Shown: positions 48,650-59,040 of the stretch, piece after piece
How the letters are laid out: every line of letters starts with the position of its first letter
How positions within the stretch are numbered: position 1 is the first letter of the stretch
NCBI GenBank assembly: GCA_948465965.1
Contig: CAOJYR010000003.1
Span: 8,660 to 72,659, forward strand
Source of the DNA: an uncultured Mycoplasmatota bacterium
Lineage (GTDB): Bacteria; Bacillota_I; Bacilli_A; RF39; UBA660
Length of the DNA stretch: 64,000 nt
Direction: 5' to 3'
Translations under genes and position numbers: made by a program
Notes under the pieces: model-generated
What the model was told of the DNA's origin: nothing
The model's database searches: none
The model's input: the letters and a program-made list of their open reading frames with translations, nothing else

Positions 48650-49629
48650 GCTGCGTGAACAACTAACCGACCTGTATTATTATCATTACAAGTTGATAGT
48701 GTTAATATATTAGTAGTATTTGAGATATCATAATTAAAGTCATATATTGTTCTGTTTTTTAAAGTCTTTATAAATTCTTTATAGTAATACTCTGAAGTAA
48801 ATTCATTTGCTAAATAATATGTTTCTGTTTGAACTTCATATATGGAAAAAATATTCCAATTATAAATTTTACTGCTTGTCTTTAAGTTGATTAAATGACT
48901 ACTATTTTCTTGCCATTCTTTTGTAAATAAATTGGAAATTGTTCCAAACATTGTTTTGTTTAATAGATGATGTCCATAAATAATACTATTTTTCTTTAAG
49001 TTTTCTAAATCATTTCTATAATCACCAAAAATGCTACCATTTTTATTATATGTTTTATTAAAAGAATGGTTTAAATAATACTCATTGTCAGTAGATTGAA
49101 CTATTGGGTAATTTATATTTGTTTTATCTACTCTAATCCACCCTACTATATCACTGTTTTCCTTTTTTAAATCCAATATATTTATTTCTTCAATAGGCAT
49201 ATTTTGATATTTTTCATATCCTTTTTGCTTTTCATTGTTGTTATATAAATCTTGGTCTTTGCTTTCTTTTTCTGTATTTTCTGTACTATTCTTATCCTTT
49301 TCTTCTGCTGTACCAACATTACTTTCAGGCGCTAATTTAGTTACCCTAAGTGGGGATGTGGGAATCACAAAGTTAATTATACATACAATTGTCACAACTG
49401 CTACTGCTACTATTAAGGTTATTTCTGTCTTGTTTTTTAGTGTTTCTATTACCTTATCTAGCTTAGAAAATTTTCTCTTTCCAAAAAGAAATGGGATAAA
49501 TATAATAATATTATATACTATATCCCAGCATAGATTAATGAAATAAGTAAATAAACTAGTAACAAAGGTTACATGTAAGTCAATTAAAAAGATTAATATT
49601 TTCTTTAAAGTATTTAACATTTTCATCAT
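48637..49629 (-). CDS. srtB: Class B sortase (SrtB) with an extended N-terminal membrane region
   Basis: Catalytic TLSTC motif (ILTLSTCNDNNTGRLVVHAALI), an upstream His (IYGHHL) and a conserved Arg in RLVVHA. About 330 aa. Confidence 0.7.
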   Translation of the reverse strand: MMKMLNTLKKILIFLIDLHVTFVTSLFTYFINLCWDIVYNIIIFIPFLFGKRKFSKLDKVIETLKNKTEITLIVAVAVVTIVCIINFVIPTSPLRVTKLAPESNVGTAEEKDKNSTENTEKESKDQDLYNNNEKQKGYEKYQNMPIEEINILDLKKENSDIVGWIRVDKTNINYPIVQSTDNEYYLNHSFNKTYNKNGSIFGDYRNDLENLKKNSIIYGHHLLNKTMFGTISNLFTKEWQENSSHLINLKTSSKIYNWNIFSIYEVQTETYYLANEFTSEYYYKEFIKTLKNRTIYDFNYDISNTTNILTLSTCNDNNTGRLVVHAALIN

Positions 49630-49666
49630 ACTATCTTTCCTTTATAGAATTAAACTTCTTGTAATT

Positions 49667-51133
49667 TTACTTTTCTTTTTTATGCTTTTTATTATAAAAA
49701 TAATAACTAAGTGCTGATACTCCAACTATTATTACTACAAACACAATAATCATTATAATAGAATCTGTTTCAGGATTTTTGATTATGTTTTCTATTATCC
49801 CATTATTACTTTCTTCTTCGTCTGTAATACGATACTTTGTAACTGAATATTTCATATCTTTATCATAGAATTGAGTTTGCAAAACAGAACTAGATCCACG
49901 TACTAATTTTACAGGTGTATTTAAAACAATCACATATACGTCTTCACCAGATTTATAAAATATTGCCCTTCTATATAATGATCCAAATCCTTTGGTATCT
50001 GCTGCTATATAAAATGTATCTAATTTATTACTCCTTTGTAGCTGCATATTTGATGTATATTTATGAATTGCAGAATTATAAACTAGTGTCTCATTTGTAG
50101 GCTCTATTGCATATAAATATATATTGTCATCAAGATAATGCATATCTGTTGATACCGTATTTATGCTTTTTTGCATTTTTCCTTCTTTATCTATATATAC
50201 TGTGGAGGCGCCCGAGGCTACATATCCGTCATTGATTTCTATAATATTATTGAATCCACCACTACTGTTATAGCTACTATATAATGCAAAATGAGCTTCG
50301 TCGATATCTTTCATTACTGTTTGTTGGTATTTCATATTCTTATCATACTTCACTATACCTAATGCATACTTGTAGTCATATGCAGGGTTTCCAAAAGATA
50401 ACCAACTATTACCTACATTATCGCTATAGGCAAATAATGTCAAAAATATTATGTCACCATCTTTTGATATGTTATACCCTGCAATTTTTGCATATCTGGT
50501 ATATGTACTTAAATTATCTGTCTTTGGCATAAATTTAAAAAACTGTGAATAATCAATTGTGTAAGAGGAGATAGAGCCATTTTTATATATTTTTAATGCG
50601 GCCATACTATGTGGATTTCCATTTCCATTATTTCCATTTCTATACATTATAGAGGATTGCTCCCACTTTATTATATATCCATCATCAACTTCTACGATAT
50701 TATCTGCAGTTACTCTTACTTCCTGTTTTCCATTCAATCCGCCATCAAAATCAGTTTCTTTGATCCATACAGCATTGCCATCTTTATCATATTTTGCAAT
50801 TCTAAATTTTCCTATATTGCCATTTCTCCATACAAGGAACCCATCTGATACTCCCTGTATCCTATTACCAAAGTTATTTTCTTTTTCCCATATTTTATTT
50901 CCATTAAAATCATACTTTGTAATGCGATTCTTTAAGTCTCTTACTGATCCTTCTATTTGGAATATTATAATACCATCCTCTACTTTAACTATTTCAGTTT
51001 CAGTAGAATCATAAATATCTAACTCCTTATTCCAAACCTTTTCTGCCTTTGCTTCTACCTTAATCGTTGGAATTAATAAAATTGCTAGAATTATTAATAG
51101 TATTAATTTTTTTGTTATTGCTTTATTCTTCAT
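49667..51133 (-). CDS. Class B sortase substrate, paralogue B. It has a signal peptide, PQQ-like beta-propeller repeats and a C-terminal NPETD sorting signal with a TM helix and a KKHKKEK tail. Probably co-transcribed with srtB.
   Basis: C-terminus reads …IIKNPETDSIIMIIVFVVIIVGVSALSYYFYNKKHKKEK. Its N-terminal 40 aa and C-terminal ~90 aa are nearly identical to the 45455..46930 protein, while the central region is diverged. Confidence 0.65.
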   Translation of the reverse strand: MKNKAITKKLILLIILAILLIPTIKVEAKAEKVWNKELDIYDSTETEIVKVEDGIIIFQIEGSVRDLKNRITKYDFNGNKIWEKENNFGNRIQGVSDGFLVWRNGNIGKFRIAKYDKDGNAVWIKETDFDGGLNGKQEVRVTADNIVEVDDGYIIKWEQSSIMYRNGNNGNGNPHSMAALKIYKNGSISSYTIDYSQFFKFMPKTDNLSTYTRYAKIAGYNISKDGDIIFLTLFAYSDNVGNSWLSFGNPAYDYKYALGIVKYDKNMKYQQTVMKDIDEAHFALYSSYNSSGGFNNIIEINDGYVASGASTVYIDKEGKMQKSINTVSTDMHYLDDNIYLYAIEPTNETLVYNSAIHKYTSNMQLQRSNKLDTFYIAADTKGFGSLYRRAIFYKSGEDVYVIVLNTPVKLVRGSSSVLQTQFYDKDMKYSVTKYRITDEEESNNGIIENIIKNPETDSIIMIIVFVVIIVGVSALSYYFYNKKHKKEK

Positions 51134-51255
51134 AATAAATGCTCCTTATCGTCTATTATATATCTACATTATCCTCTTTTAAAATCAATTTGTCAATTCT
51201 TTAATTTTATTTTTTTTTGTGATATATTGTGATTAGCATTTGGGAGTGATGTAAT

Positions 51256-52788
51256 TTGAGATTAGAGAAACTTAAAGGTATATTGATCTATATATTTTAC
51301 ATAGTATTTGCTATTACTTTTAGTTATATATTTGTAACTACATTTATATATAATGTTTCTTATAATTATAGTGTAAATAAGTTTACTTGTTTTATAGTTG
51401 GAATTTTTATATTTATAGTATGGTATTTTATTTATAAAGTTATTAATCAGTATTATGATAAATTATCTCCTAAGCAGGAATTTCTCTTATTATTATCTAC
51501 TTTTATTATCATTTCTTTAATTATATTAATGATTTTAACCACACTAAAATTAACTCCTAATTGGGATTATCATATAATATATGAGCAAGCAAAGAGTTAT
51601 GTTCTATATGGTGATAGGTATCATACGACAACATCCCCTTCCTACTTTCAATATTATAATAACAATATTGGTTTATTTTTGATATTGGTAATAATTTTTA
51701 AATTTTGTCACTTTATTGGTATTTCAGATTTTATCACTGTTATGACCATTATAAATGCCATCTTGGTAGGTATTAGTATATTACTTCTCTATCTTTGTGT
51801 TAGAAAATTACTCGATAAAAAGAAGGCATTTTTTTCATTAGTTATAAGCTTATTTTTTGTTCCATTATTTACATATATTCCTATGTTTTATACTGATACA
51901 TTTTCGTTGCCATTTGTGATGTTAGTACTTTATTTATACTTATGTATTGATAAAGACAAAATTTTTTCTAAAAGGAATATTGTATTATTCATCTTTCTTC
52001 TAATAATAGCCTTTTTAGGTAGTAGGATAAAGATGACCATTTTGGTTATTTTTATCGCCTGCATTATTCACTTTATTTTTACTAATAAAATTAAGTATAT
52101 ATTTTGCCTATTATTAATAACCTGTTTGTTTTTTTCTATCTCTTCATTCTTCTGGAAAACCTTAATATATGAAAATAAGGAATTTGATTTTATACAAAAT
52201 GATTATGGTAATGTACCTCTTACTCATTATTTAATGATGGGTGTTCAAAGAAAAGATGATGACTTATTAGATGTTAACTGCTTAGGTTGCTATAACCGCA
52301 ATGATTTTGCTTTAACGTTTTCTTATTATAATAGTAAAGAAGCATTTAATTATGATATGCAGGAATATTTGAGAAGAGTAAAAGAATATGGTATACTAGG
52401 TTACTTTAACTATCTTTCAAGAAAGGCAGTTAATGCCTGGGGTGAAGGAAGTTATTTTAGTGATTTCGTGTATCGTTATAACTACAATTCAACTTATAAT
52501 AATAGGTTTAGAAAACTAGTTATTGGTGACTCTAATAAAACTTTATTATATTTTGAACAAGGCGTTAGTGAAGCTACGTTACTTATATTTGGTTGTTATG
52601 GTTTTATTTTATTAGTTAGAAGAAAGAAAATAGATAAATCTACAATTATACCAATTTCCATATATGGAATGTTTATTGTACTTTTATTCTGGGAAAATCG
52701 ATCTAGATACTTATATAACTACATACCTATTTTTATTATATTAATCACATTATTTTATCATAATATTATTGAAAAAAAGTCAGTATGA
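51256..52788 (+). CDS. Putative GT-C superfamily membrane glycosyltransferase (PMT_2/ArnT-like), copy B, with a TTG start
   Basis: Same motif set as copy A (TPNWDYHIIYEQA). GGGAGTG SD before the TTG. Confidence 0.45.
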   Translation: MRLEKLKGILIYIFYIVFAITFSYIFVTTFIYNVSYNYSVNKFTCFIVGIFIFIVWYFIYKVINQYYDKLSPKQEFLLLLSTFIIISLIILMILTTLKLTPNWDYHIIYEQAKSYVLYGDRYHTTTSPSYFQYYNNNIGLFLILVIIFKFCHFIGISDFITVMTIINAILVGISILLLYLCVRKLLDKKKAFFSLVISLFFVPLFTYIPMFYTDTFSLPFVMLVLYLYLCIDKDKIFSKRNIVLFIFLLIIAFLGSRIKMTILVIFIACIIHFIFTNKIKYIFCLLLITCLFFSISSFFWKTLIYENKEFDFIQNDYGNVPLTHYLMMGVQRKDDDLLDVNCLGCYNRNDFALTFSYYNSKEAFNYDMQEYLRRVKEYGILGYFNYLSRKAVNAWGEGSYFSDFVYRYNYNSTYNNRFRKLVIGDSNKTLLYFEQGVSEATLLIFGCYGFILLVRRKKIDKSTIIPISIYGMFIVLLFWENRSRYLYNYIPIFIILITLFYHNIIEKKSV

Positions 52789-52808
52789 TAATCATGCTGA
52801 CTTTTTAT
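52771..52808. terminator. Bidirectional terminator between GT copy B and smc
   Basis: Near-perfect palindrome GTCAGTATGAT/ATCATGCTGAC flanked by A- and T-runs. Confidence 0.65.
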
Positions 52809-55759
52809 ACAATTTCTTTTCTTTCATCAAGTTTTACACTAACAAGTTTTGATACACCCGATTCTTGCATTGTAATACCATATAGAGTGTTTGCATATTC
52901 CATCGTTTTTTTCTTATGTGTAATGATTAAAAATTGCGTTTTATTTTTATAATGATCTAAATATTTTCCAAACTGGGAAACATTTGCTTCATCTAGGGCA
53001 GCTTCCACTTCATCAAATAGGCAGAATGGTACCGCTCTTACATTAAGAATTGCGAATAATAAACTGATTGCTGTTAGGGTTTTTTCTCCACCCGATAATA
53101 GTGATATTGTTGTTAATTTTTTACCTGGAGGGGATGCTACGATCTCAACTCCTGTTGTCAGTAAGTTGTCTGGATCGGTTAGTTTTAAATCAGAATTACC
53201 TCCACCAAATAACTCCTTAAAAACTGCTTTGAATTCTTTTTGGACTTTCTCAAATGTTATTTTAAATTCCTCTTTCATAACATCATCCATCTCATTCATA
53301 ATTTCTAATAGTGTATCTTCTGCTTTTAGAAGGTCTTCTCTTTGATTCGTTAGAAAGACATATCTTGCATTTACCTTTTCATATTCCTCAATAGCGGCTA
53401 AGTTTACCATACCAATTCGCTTGATATTTGCTCTATAGGTATTTACTTTTATTCTAGCTTCATCTGGATCAATATCTAATTTGTAATCTCTTTTGGCTTT
53501 CTCAAAAGTTAGCTCATATTCTTCACCCAAAGTATTTAGCATAGTATCAATCTTAACATCTAATCTATTTATTACTATTTCTTTTTCACGCGATGTTTTC
53601 TCTAAATTACGTAAAGTAGAGTTTTGTAATTTTGAAGAAGCTGTGCGTTTTTCTATTTTTTCTTTTAAGGCATTAATTTCTTCACTTAAATTAGAAATTT
53701 TATTAATAATAGATTCCTTTAAAGTATTTTTTTCATGATACAACTTAATTAGTTCTTGTTCTTTTTTATCTAATGAGTTGCTATTTATAGCCTCTAGACT
53801 CTCGTAATCTCTAGTTAGCTTATCGAGTCTTTCTTTTTGGTGCTTTAGCTCAGTATTTTTATTATCATACTTTTCTTTTAATGTAACCTTCCTTTTAGAA
53901 ATTAGAAACTCTTCTTCTTCTAATTTAGTAATTTCTACTCTAACGTCTGCTAGCTCATTATCAATTTCTAATTGTTCTTGTTTTAAAAGTTCTATTTTCT
54001 CTGTTATATGTTTTAAATCTTGTTTTAGGCTAATAATACTTTTTGTGTGATACGTTGATCCTCCGGACATTGAACCACCGACGTTAATCACATCACCATC
54101 TAATGTTACAATTTTATAACGACCTTTGATTAAGTGACTTAGCCTTGTTGCGCTATCAATATCAGGTGACACTACTACTGTTCCTAATTGATTTTCTATA
54201 ATATGTTTATATTTTTGATCATATGTTACTAAATCACTTAATACTCCTATAAAGTCACTACTCGATTTCATTATACTTAAAGTATTTGCGTCTACATATC
54301 TTTGTTTAATTATAGAAAGAGGAAAGAAAGTAGCTCTACCTAGATGGTTATCTTTTAAATAATTAATTGCTTTTTTGGCAGATAATTCATCTGTTGTAAT
54401 GATAAAGTTTTTATTCGATGCTATAGCAATATTTAATGCCTTCATAAATCTATCCTCGGTAGATAAAATATTACCAATCGTATTATGAATTCCTGTTAGG
54501 TTTGTTGACTTTAAAATGTTTCTAACGCTATTCGGTAAATCTCCTCCTGCTTCTATGTCTCTTTGTAAAGATTCCATTTTATGTTTTAGAGAGATAAGCT
54601 CTTTTTCATGTGAGGAGTAATCATTGTTTAACATATTCTTTTTGACTTTTAATTTATCAATTTTTTCTTCAACTTCTGTAGAATTTTTATCTTCCCTTTT
54701 AGCATTATCAACAATCACTTCTAACTCTTCTTTTAAAAGTTTTATACTTCCATCAAGTAATGATTTTTCCTCTAAACTCTTTCTTATTTCCTCTTTTAAT
54801 TCCTGTTCTTCTTTTGTTGTTTTACTTCGTTCTTCTAATAAGTTTCTTTCACCATTTATTCTTTCTACTTCAGCAGTGATATCTAATAACTTCTTATTTA
54901 ATTCTGCTTTTTCTTTTTCTTTCTTTTCTAAACTGTTATTGTCGTTTATCTCTTCTGCATCATTTTTAGAAGTTTCTGCTCCAATATTTAAAATCTCTTT
55001 ATCTAGTTTTTCTTTTTCTTTCGTTGCAGTTTCCAATTCGATATTAGCATTTTCAATATCATATGCTAACAAAGCAACTTCATAGGTATCTAAGCCTCTT
55101 TTGTTTTCTAAATAAACTTTTGCCTTTTCACTTTGCTCTTTTAGTGGCCCTACTTGAAGCTCTAACTCAGAAATAATATCATTTACGCGATCTATATTAT
55201 TATGTGTTCTATCCAGTTTTCTTAAAGCTTCTCCTTTTCTTTTTTTGTATTTCAATATTCCGGCTGCTTCTTCAAATATTACTCGCCTATCACTTGCTGA
55301 GTCACTAAGAATCTTTTCAACTTCTCCTTGGGAAATAATATTAAAGGATTCTTTCCCCATTCCAGAATCAATTAAAAGATTAGTTAAGTCTTTTAAACGA
55401 CATTTTTCGCCATTTAGGTAGTATTCATTTTCACCACTTCTATATACTCGTCTTTTAATAGAGATTTCTGTATAAGGAACATTTAAAAAGTGATCACTAT
55501 TATCAAATACTAATTCTACTGATGCGACATTTAAAGGATTTCTACTCTTACTTCCGGAAAATATTACATCACTCATAGAACCTTCTCCACGAAGGGATTT
55601 TACGGATTGTTCTCCCAATACCCATCTAACGGCATCAACAACATTGCTTTTACCTGAACCATTTGGTCCGACTATACAAGTCGTTTTATCGTCTAATTTG
55701 ATATTTAATTTATCCGCAAAAGATTTAAAACCACTTGCCTCAATTTCTTTTAAGTACAT
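52805..55759 (-). CDS. smc: Chromosome segregation protein SMC (984 aa, shorter coiled-coil arms than usual)
   Basis: N-terminal Walker A GPNGSGKSN, hinge GRATFFPLSIIK, C-terminal signature LSGGEKTLTAISLLFA and Walker B LFDEVEAALD. Start trimmed to MYLKEIEASGFKSF with a GGTGAAGAG SD. Confidence 0.85.
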   Translation of the reverse strand: MYLKEIEASGFKSFADKLNIKLDDKTTCIVGPNGSGKSNVVDAVRWVLGEQSVKSLRGEGSMSDVIFSGSKSRNPLNVASVELVFDNSDHFLNVPYTEISIKRRVYRSGENEYYLNGEKCRLKDLTNLLIDSGMGKESFNIISQGEVEKILSDSASDRRVIFEEAAGILKYKKRKGEALRKLDRTHNNIDRVNDIISELELQVGPLKEQSEKAKVYLENKRGLDTYEVALLAYDIENANIELETATKEKEKLDKEILNIGAETSKNDAEEINDNNSLEKKEKEKAELNKKLLDITAEVERINGERNLLEERSKTTKEEQELKEEIRKSLEEKSLLDGSIKLLKEELEVIVDNAKREDKNSTEVEEKIDKLKVKKNMLNNDYSSHEKELISLKHKMESLQRDIEAGGDLPNSVRNILKSTNLTGIHNTIGNILSTEDRFMKALNIAIASNKNFIITTDELSAKKAINYLKDNHLGRATFFPLSIIKQRYVDANTLSIMKSSSDFIGVLSDLVTYDQKYKHIIENQLGTVVVSPDIDSATRLSHLIKGRYKIVTLDGDVINVGGSMSGGSTYHTKSIISLKQDLKHITEKIELLKQEQLEIDNELADVRVEITKLEEEEFLISKRKVTLKEKYDNKNTELKHQKERLDKLTRDYESLEAINSNSLDKKEQELIKLYHEKNTLKESIINKISNLSEEINALKEKIEKRTASSKLQNSTLRNLEKTSREKEIVINRLDVKIDTMLNTLGEEYELTFEKAKRDYKLDIDPDEARIKVNTYRANIKRIGMVNLAAIEEYEKVNARYVFLTNQREDLLKAEDTLLEIMNEMDDVMKEEFKITFEKVQKEFKAVFKELFGGGNSDLKLTDPDNLLTTGVEIVASPPGKKLTTISLLSGGEKTLTAISLLFAILNVRAVPFCLFDEVEAALDEANVSQFGKYLDHYKNKTQFLIITHKKKTMEYANTLYGITMQESGVSKLVSVKLDERKEIV

Positions 55760-55917
55760 ACTCTTCACCATGTTAATTATACTATAAAATTCTTTTTCAA
55801 ACAACACTATCTTTTGATAGAAAAAGAAAAAAAGATATAAAATCCTCTACTATGTTATTGGTACCCTATTTTTTCTAAAATTATAGATATATAATTATAT
55901 ACTAGAATATAATCATT

Positions 55918-56784
55918 CTATTTATCAAGTCTTTCACTAAGTAGTTCGTCTAAGGTTTTAAAAGTATATCCACGGGACTTTATATAATCTATTACGGTAG
56001 GTAATTCTATTTCTGTAGAACTATTTACTGGTATGGAAATAATTGATGCATTTTCTAGTTTGTTCTTAATGTCTTTATAAAGATAATTACCAGCTTTTAT
56101 TGTCGGGACTATAGTATGTAGTTTTAATTTAGAGCATAGCTCTATTACCTCCTTACTATCATAATCCGCATAACAATATTTACTACTCTTTCCAGTTATA
56201 TTATTTAAATAATTTATAGCACTAGAAAAGTATACTTCTTGATAGGTACTATTATAGCTTAAAATTTCAAGTTCCGCATTTTCTAAATTCTTAACTGTTT
56301 CTAAATTGTTTTCTAACCATAATCCATCTAAGAACATAGTTGATGGTATGCTTTTTTCTAATAAAATATTATTTATGTTGGTTATATTTGCATTATTTTC
56401 CACTTTAAAAACTAGTGCCACCGATTTTTTTTCTTCATTACCACTTACAATAAATTTATCATAGGTATCTTCTATGGAAATAGTTGGTTTTGTTTCTTTA
56501 AATACTGTTAGGCTTTCATTATATGCCCCATACTTTTTCATTTTTTTATAACTTTCTTTGTAGTCTATATCTGTTCCACTTATTCCTGGTATGATTGTTT
56601 TATCTGAAATTTTAGCATCAACTGCTTTTTGTTCATATCTTGTACTCGATTCTTTAATTTGTTTCATTATTGGATCTGTTTGCCTTATTATATCAATTGA
56701 TTTATCTGTATAGTAAAAACTAAATAATAATAAAAGAGTTACCCCTACAATCTGAGAAATATTTTTTTTAGTCACTAAAATCAC
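55918..56784 (-). CDS. ylxY: YlxY/PdaB-like polysaccharide-deacetylase-family sporulation protein (degenerate catalytic motifs)
   Basis: N-terminal TM anchor. Its position immediately downstream of pnp matches the Bacillus rpsO-pnpA-ylxY arrangement. The size is about 290 aa. The call rests partly on synteny. Confidence 0.45.
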   Translation of the reverse strand: MILVTKKNISQIVGVTLLLLFSFYYTDKSIDIIRQTDPIMKQIKESSTRYEQKAVDAKISDKTIIPGISGTDIDYKESYKKMKKYGAYNESLTVFKETKPTISIEDTYDKFIVSGNEEKKSVALVFKVENNANITNINNILLEKSIPSTMFLDGLWLENNLETVKNLENAELEILSYNSTYQEVYFSSAINYLNNITGKSSKYCYADYDSKEVIELCSKLKLHTIVPTIKAGNYLYKDIKNKLENASIISIPVNSSTEIELPTVIDYIKSRGYTFKTLDELLSERLDK

Positions 56785-56828
56785 CTATCAAAGTATATGA
56801 AAAAGAAGCTCATTATTGAACTTCTTTT

Positions 56829-59018
56829 CTATATGTTGGTTTTATTTTTTATTTCTTTTTCTATCTTTTTACTTTTTTTAGGCTTAGGTAGAGCATCTTT
56901 TCTTGAAAAGTTTTGTCTTCCTTTTTTATCGGCACCAAGGGATTTTACAATTATTTCGTCTCCAACTTTTACGATGTCTTCTACTTTTTCTACTCTCTCA
57001 TGTGCAAGTTGTGAGATATGTACTAACCCTTCACATCCTGGCCATAATTCTACGAAGCAACCAAAATCTTCTACTTTAACTACTTTTGCATCATAAATTT
57101 TTCCAACTTCAACTTCTTTTACTACATCTTCAATCATCTTACGTGTCTTATTAATAATTTCCTGGTCAGTATGGTATATAATTACTCGTCCATCATCTTC
57201 TAAGTCAACTTTTACTGCGTTTATATTTGTAACCTCAGTAACATTTGAAGCATCACAAATGATTTTTGTAATCATCTCTCCTCCTCTACCAATTACATCT
57301 TTGATCTTAGCAGGATCAATTGTGAACGTTTCCATCTTTGGTGCATATTTAGATACTTCTTTGCGAGGTTCTTTGATTTGTTTTTTGATTACATCAAGTA
57401 TTTGTATACGCGCTTTTTTCGCTTGCGCTAGAGCCTCTTTTAAAATTTCTTCTGTAATTCCTTTTATCTTAATATCCATTTGAAGTGCGGTAATACCATC
57501 ACGCGTTCCTGCGACTTTAAAGTCCATATCACCTAAGTGATCTTCCATACCTTGAATATCTGTTAAAATTGTATAATCATCTTCATGCGTAATTAATCCC
57601 ATAGCAATTCCTGCAACAGGGGCTTTAATTGGAACACCAGCTGCCATTAAAGACATACAGCCTGCACAAATGGAAGCTTGAGAAGATGATCCATTTGACT
57701 CTAAAATTTCAGATACTACACGAATTGTATATGGAAATTCTTCTTCACTAGGAATTACTTGAAGTAGCGCTTTTTCTCCTAGAGCACCATGACCTATTTC
57801 ACGACGACCTGGAGCACCATATCTTCCAGTTTCTCCTACTGAGAATTGTGGAAAGTTATAATGTAACATGAATCTTTTTTGATCTTCAAGTCCCAATCCA
57901 TCTAATATTTGATGTTCTCCTAGAGCGCCTAGTGTTGTTACTGATAGACTTTGTGTTTCTCCACGAGTAAATAGTGCAGATCCATGTGTTCTTGGAAGCA
58001 AGTCAATATCGGTTGAAAGTTTACGTATTTCATCCATCTTACGACCATCAGCTCTTTTTTTCTCCTTAACAACAATACTTCTAAATAATTCATATTCAAT
58101 ATCTGATAATACCATATTTACTTTTGCCAGTAATTCTTTTAATTCTAAATCTTTTAGTACATTTTCATTTTCTTCTGTATATAAATTAATCACTTCTTCT
58201 TTTACAGCATCGATGGCAGCATATTTTTTTAATTTATCTTTAATTCTTAAAGCCTTATCCATTTTCTTTGATGCAAGTGATGTAATTCTTTTTCGCATCT
58301 CATCATCAACTGTTAGTGTTTCATATTCCATTTTCTCTTCACCAATTTCTTTGATGATTTTTTCTTGGAATTTAATTAACTCTTTTACTGCTTTATGTCC
58401 AAACATTAATGCTTCTAACATAATATCTTCTGATACTTCTTTTGCACTTGACTCTACCATATTAATAGCATCACGTGTTCTGGCTACTGTTAAGTCAAGT
58501 TCAGAATTTTCCATCTCTTCTGGAGTTGGGTTAATAATAAATTTTCCATTTACACGTCCTACTTTAACTCCAGCAATTGGACCATTAAATGGTATCTTAG
58601 AAATTGATGTTGCTAGGGATGATGCAAACATAGCGGTAAGTTCAGGAGAACAATCCTGATCTACTGAAAGTACTGTAGATATAATTTGCACCTCATTTTT
58701 AAATCCCTCTGGGAATAATGGTCTCATTGGGCGATCTATCATTCTAGCTGCTAAGGTTGCCGCTTCACTAGGACGCCCTTCTCTTTTTATAAATCCTCCT
58801 GGAATTTTTCCAACAGAATATAATTTTTCTTGATAATTTACTGTTAATGGGAAAAAGTCAGATAGTAAGTTCACATTTTTTGATACAACTGCTGCGGTTA
58901 AGACAACCGTGTCATTATATCTTACTAAAACAGCTCCATCCGCTTGTTTCGCTAGCTCTCCTACTTCTACTATAAGTTTTCTTCCATGAAATTTTAATTC
59001 AAATTTTTTCTTTTTCAT
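56829..59018 (-). CDS. pnp: Polyribonucleotide nucleotidyltransferase (PNPase)
   Basis: Two RNase PH domains followed by KH and S1 domains (…GRQNFSRKD tail). 729 aa. [30 protein letters not shown] is the typical N-terminus. Confidence 0.95.
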   Translation of the reverse strand: MKKKKFELKFHGRKLIVEVGELAKQADGAVLVRYNDTVVLTAAVVSKNVNLLSDFFPLTVNYQEKLYSVGKIPGGFIKREGRPSEAATLAARMIDRPMRPLFPEGFKNEVQIISTVLSVDQDCSPELTAMFASSLATSISKIPFNGPIAGVKVGRVNGKFIINPTPEEMENSELDLTVARTRDAINMVESSAKEVSEDIMLEALMFGHKAVKELIKFQEKIIKEIGEEKMEYETLTVDDEMRKRITSLASKKMDKALRIKDKLKKYAAIDAVKEEVINLYTEENENVLKDLELKELLAKVNMVLSDIEYELFRSIVVKEKKRADGRKMDEIRKLSTDIDLLPRTHGSALFTRGETQSLSVTTLGALGEHQILDGLGLEDQKRFMLHYNFPQFSVGETGRYGAPGRREIGHGALGEKALLQVIPSEEEFPYTIRVVSEILESNGSSSQASICAGCMSLMAAGVPIKAPVAGIAMGLITHEDDYTILTDIQGMEDHLGDMDFKVAGTRDGITALQMDIKIKGITEEILKEALAQAKKARIQILDVIKKQIKEPRKEVSKYAPKMETFTIDPAKIKDVIGRGGEMITKIICDASNVTEVTNINAVKVDLEDDGRVIIYHTDQEIINKTRKMIEDVVKEVEVGKIYDAKVVKVEDFGCFVELWPGCEGLVHISQLAHERVEKVEDIVKVGDEIIVKSLGADKKGRQNFSRKDALPKPKKSKKIEKEIKNKTNI

Positions 59019-59040
59019 CCTTTACCTCTTTTCTTTATCT

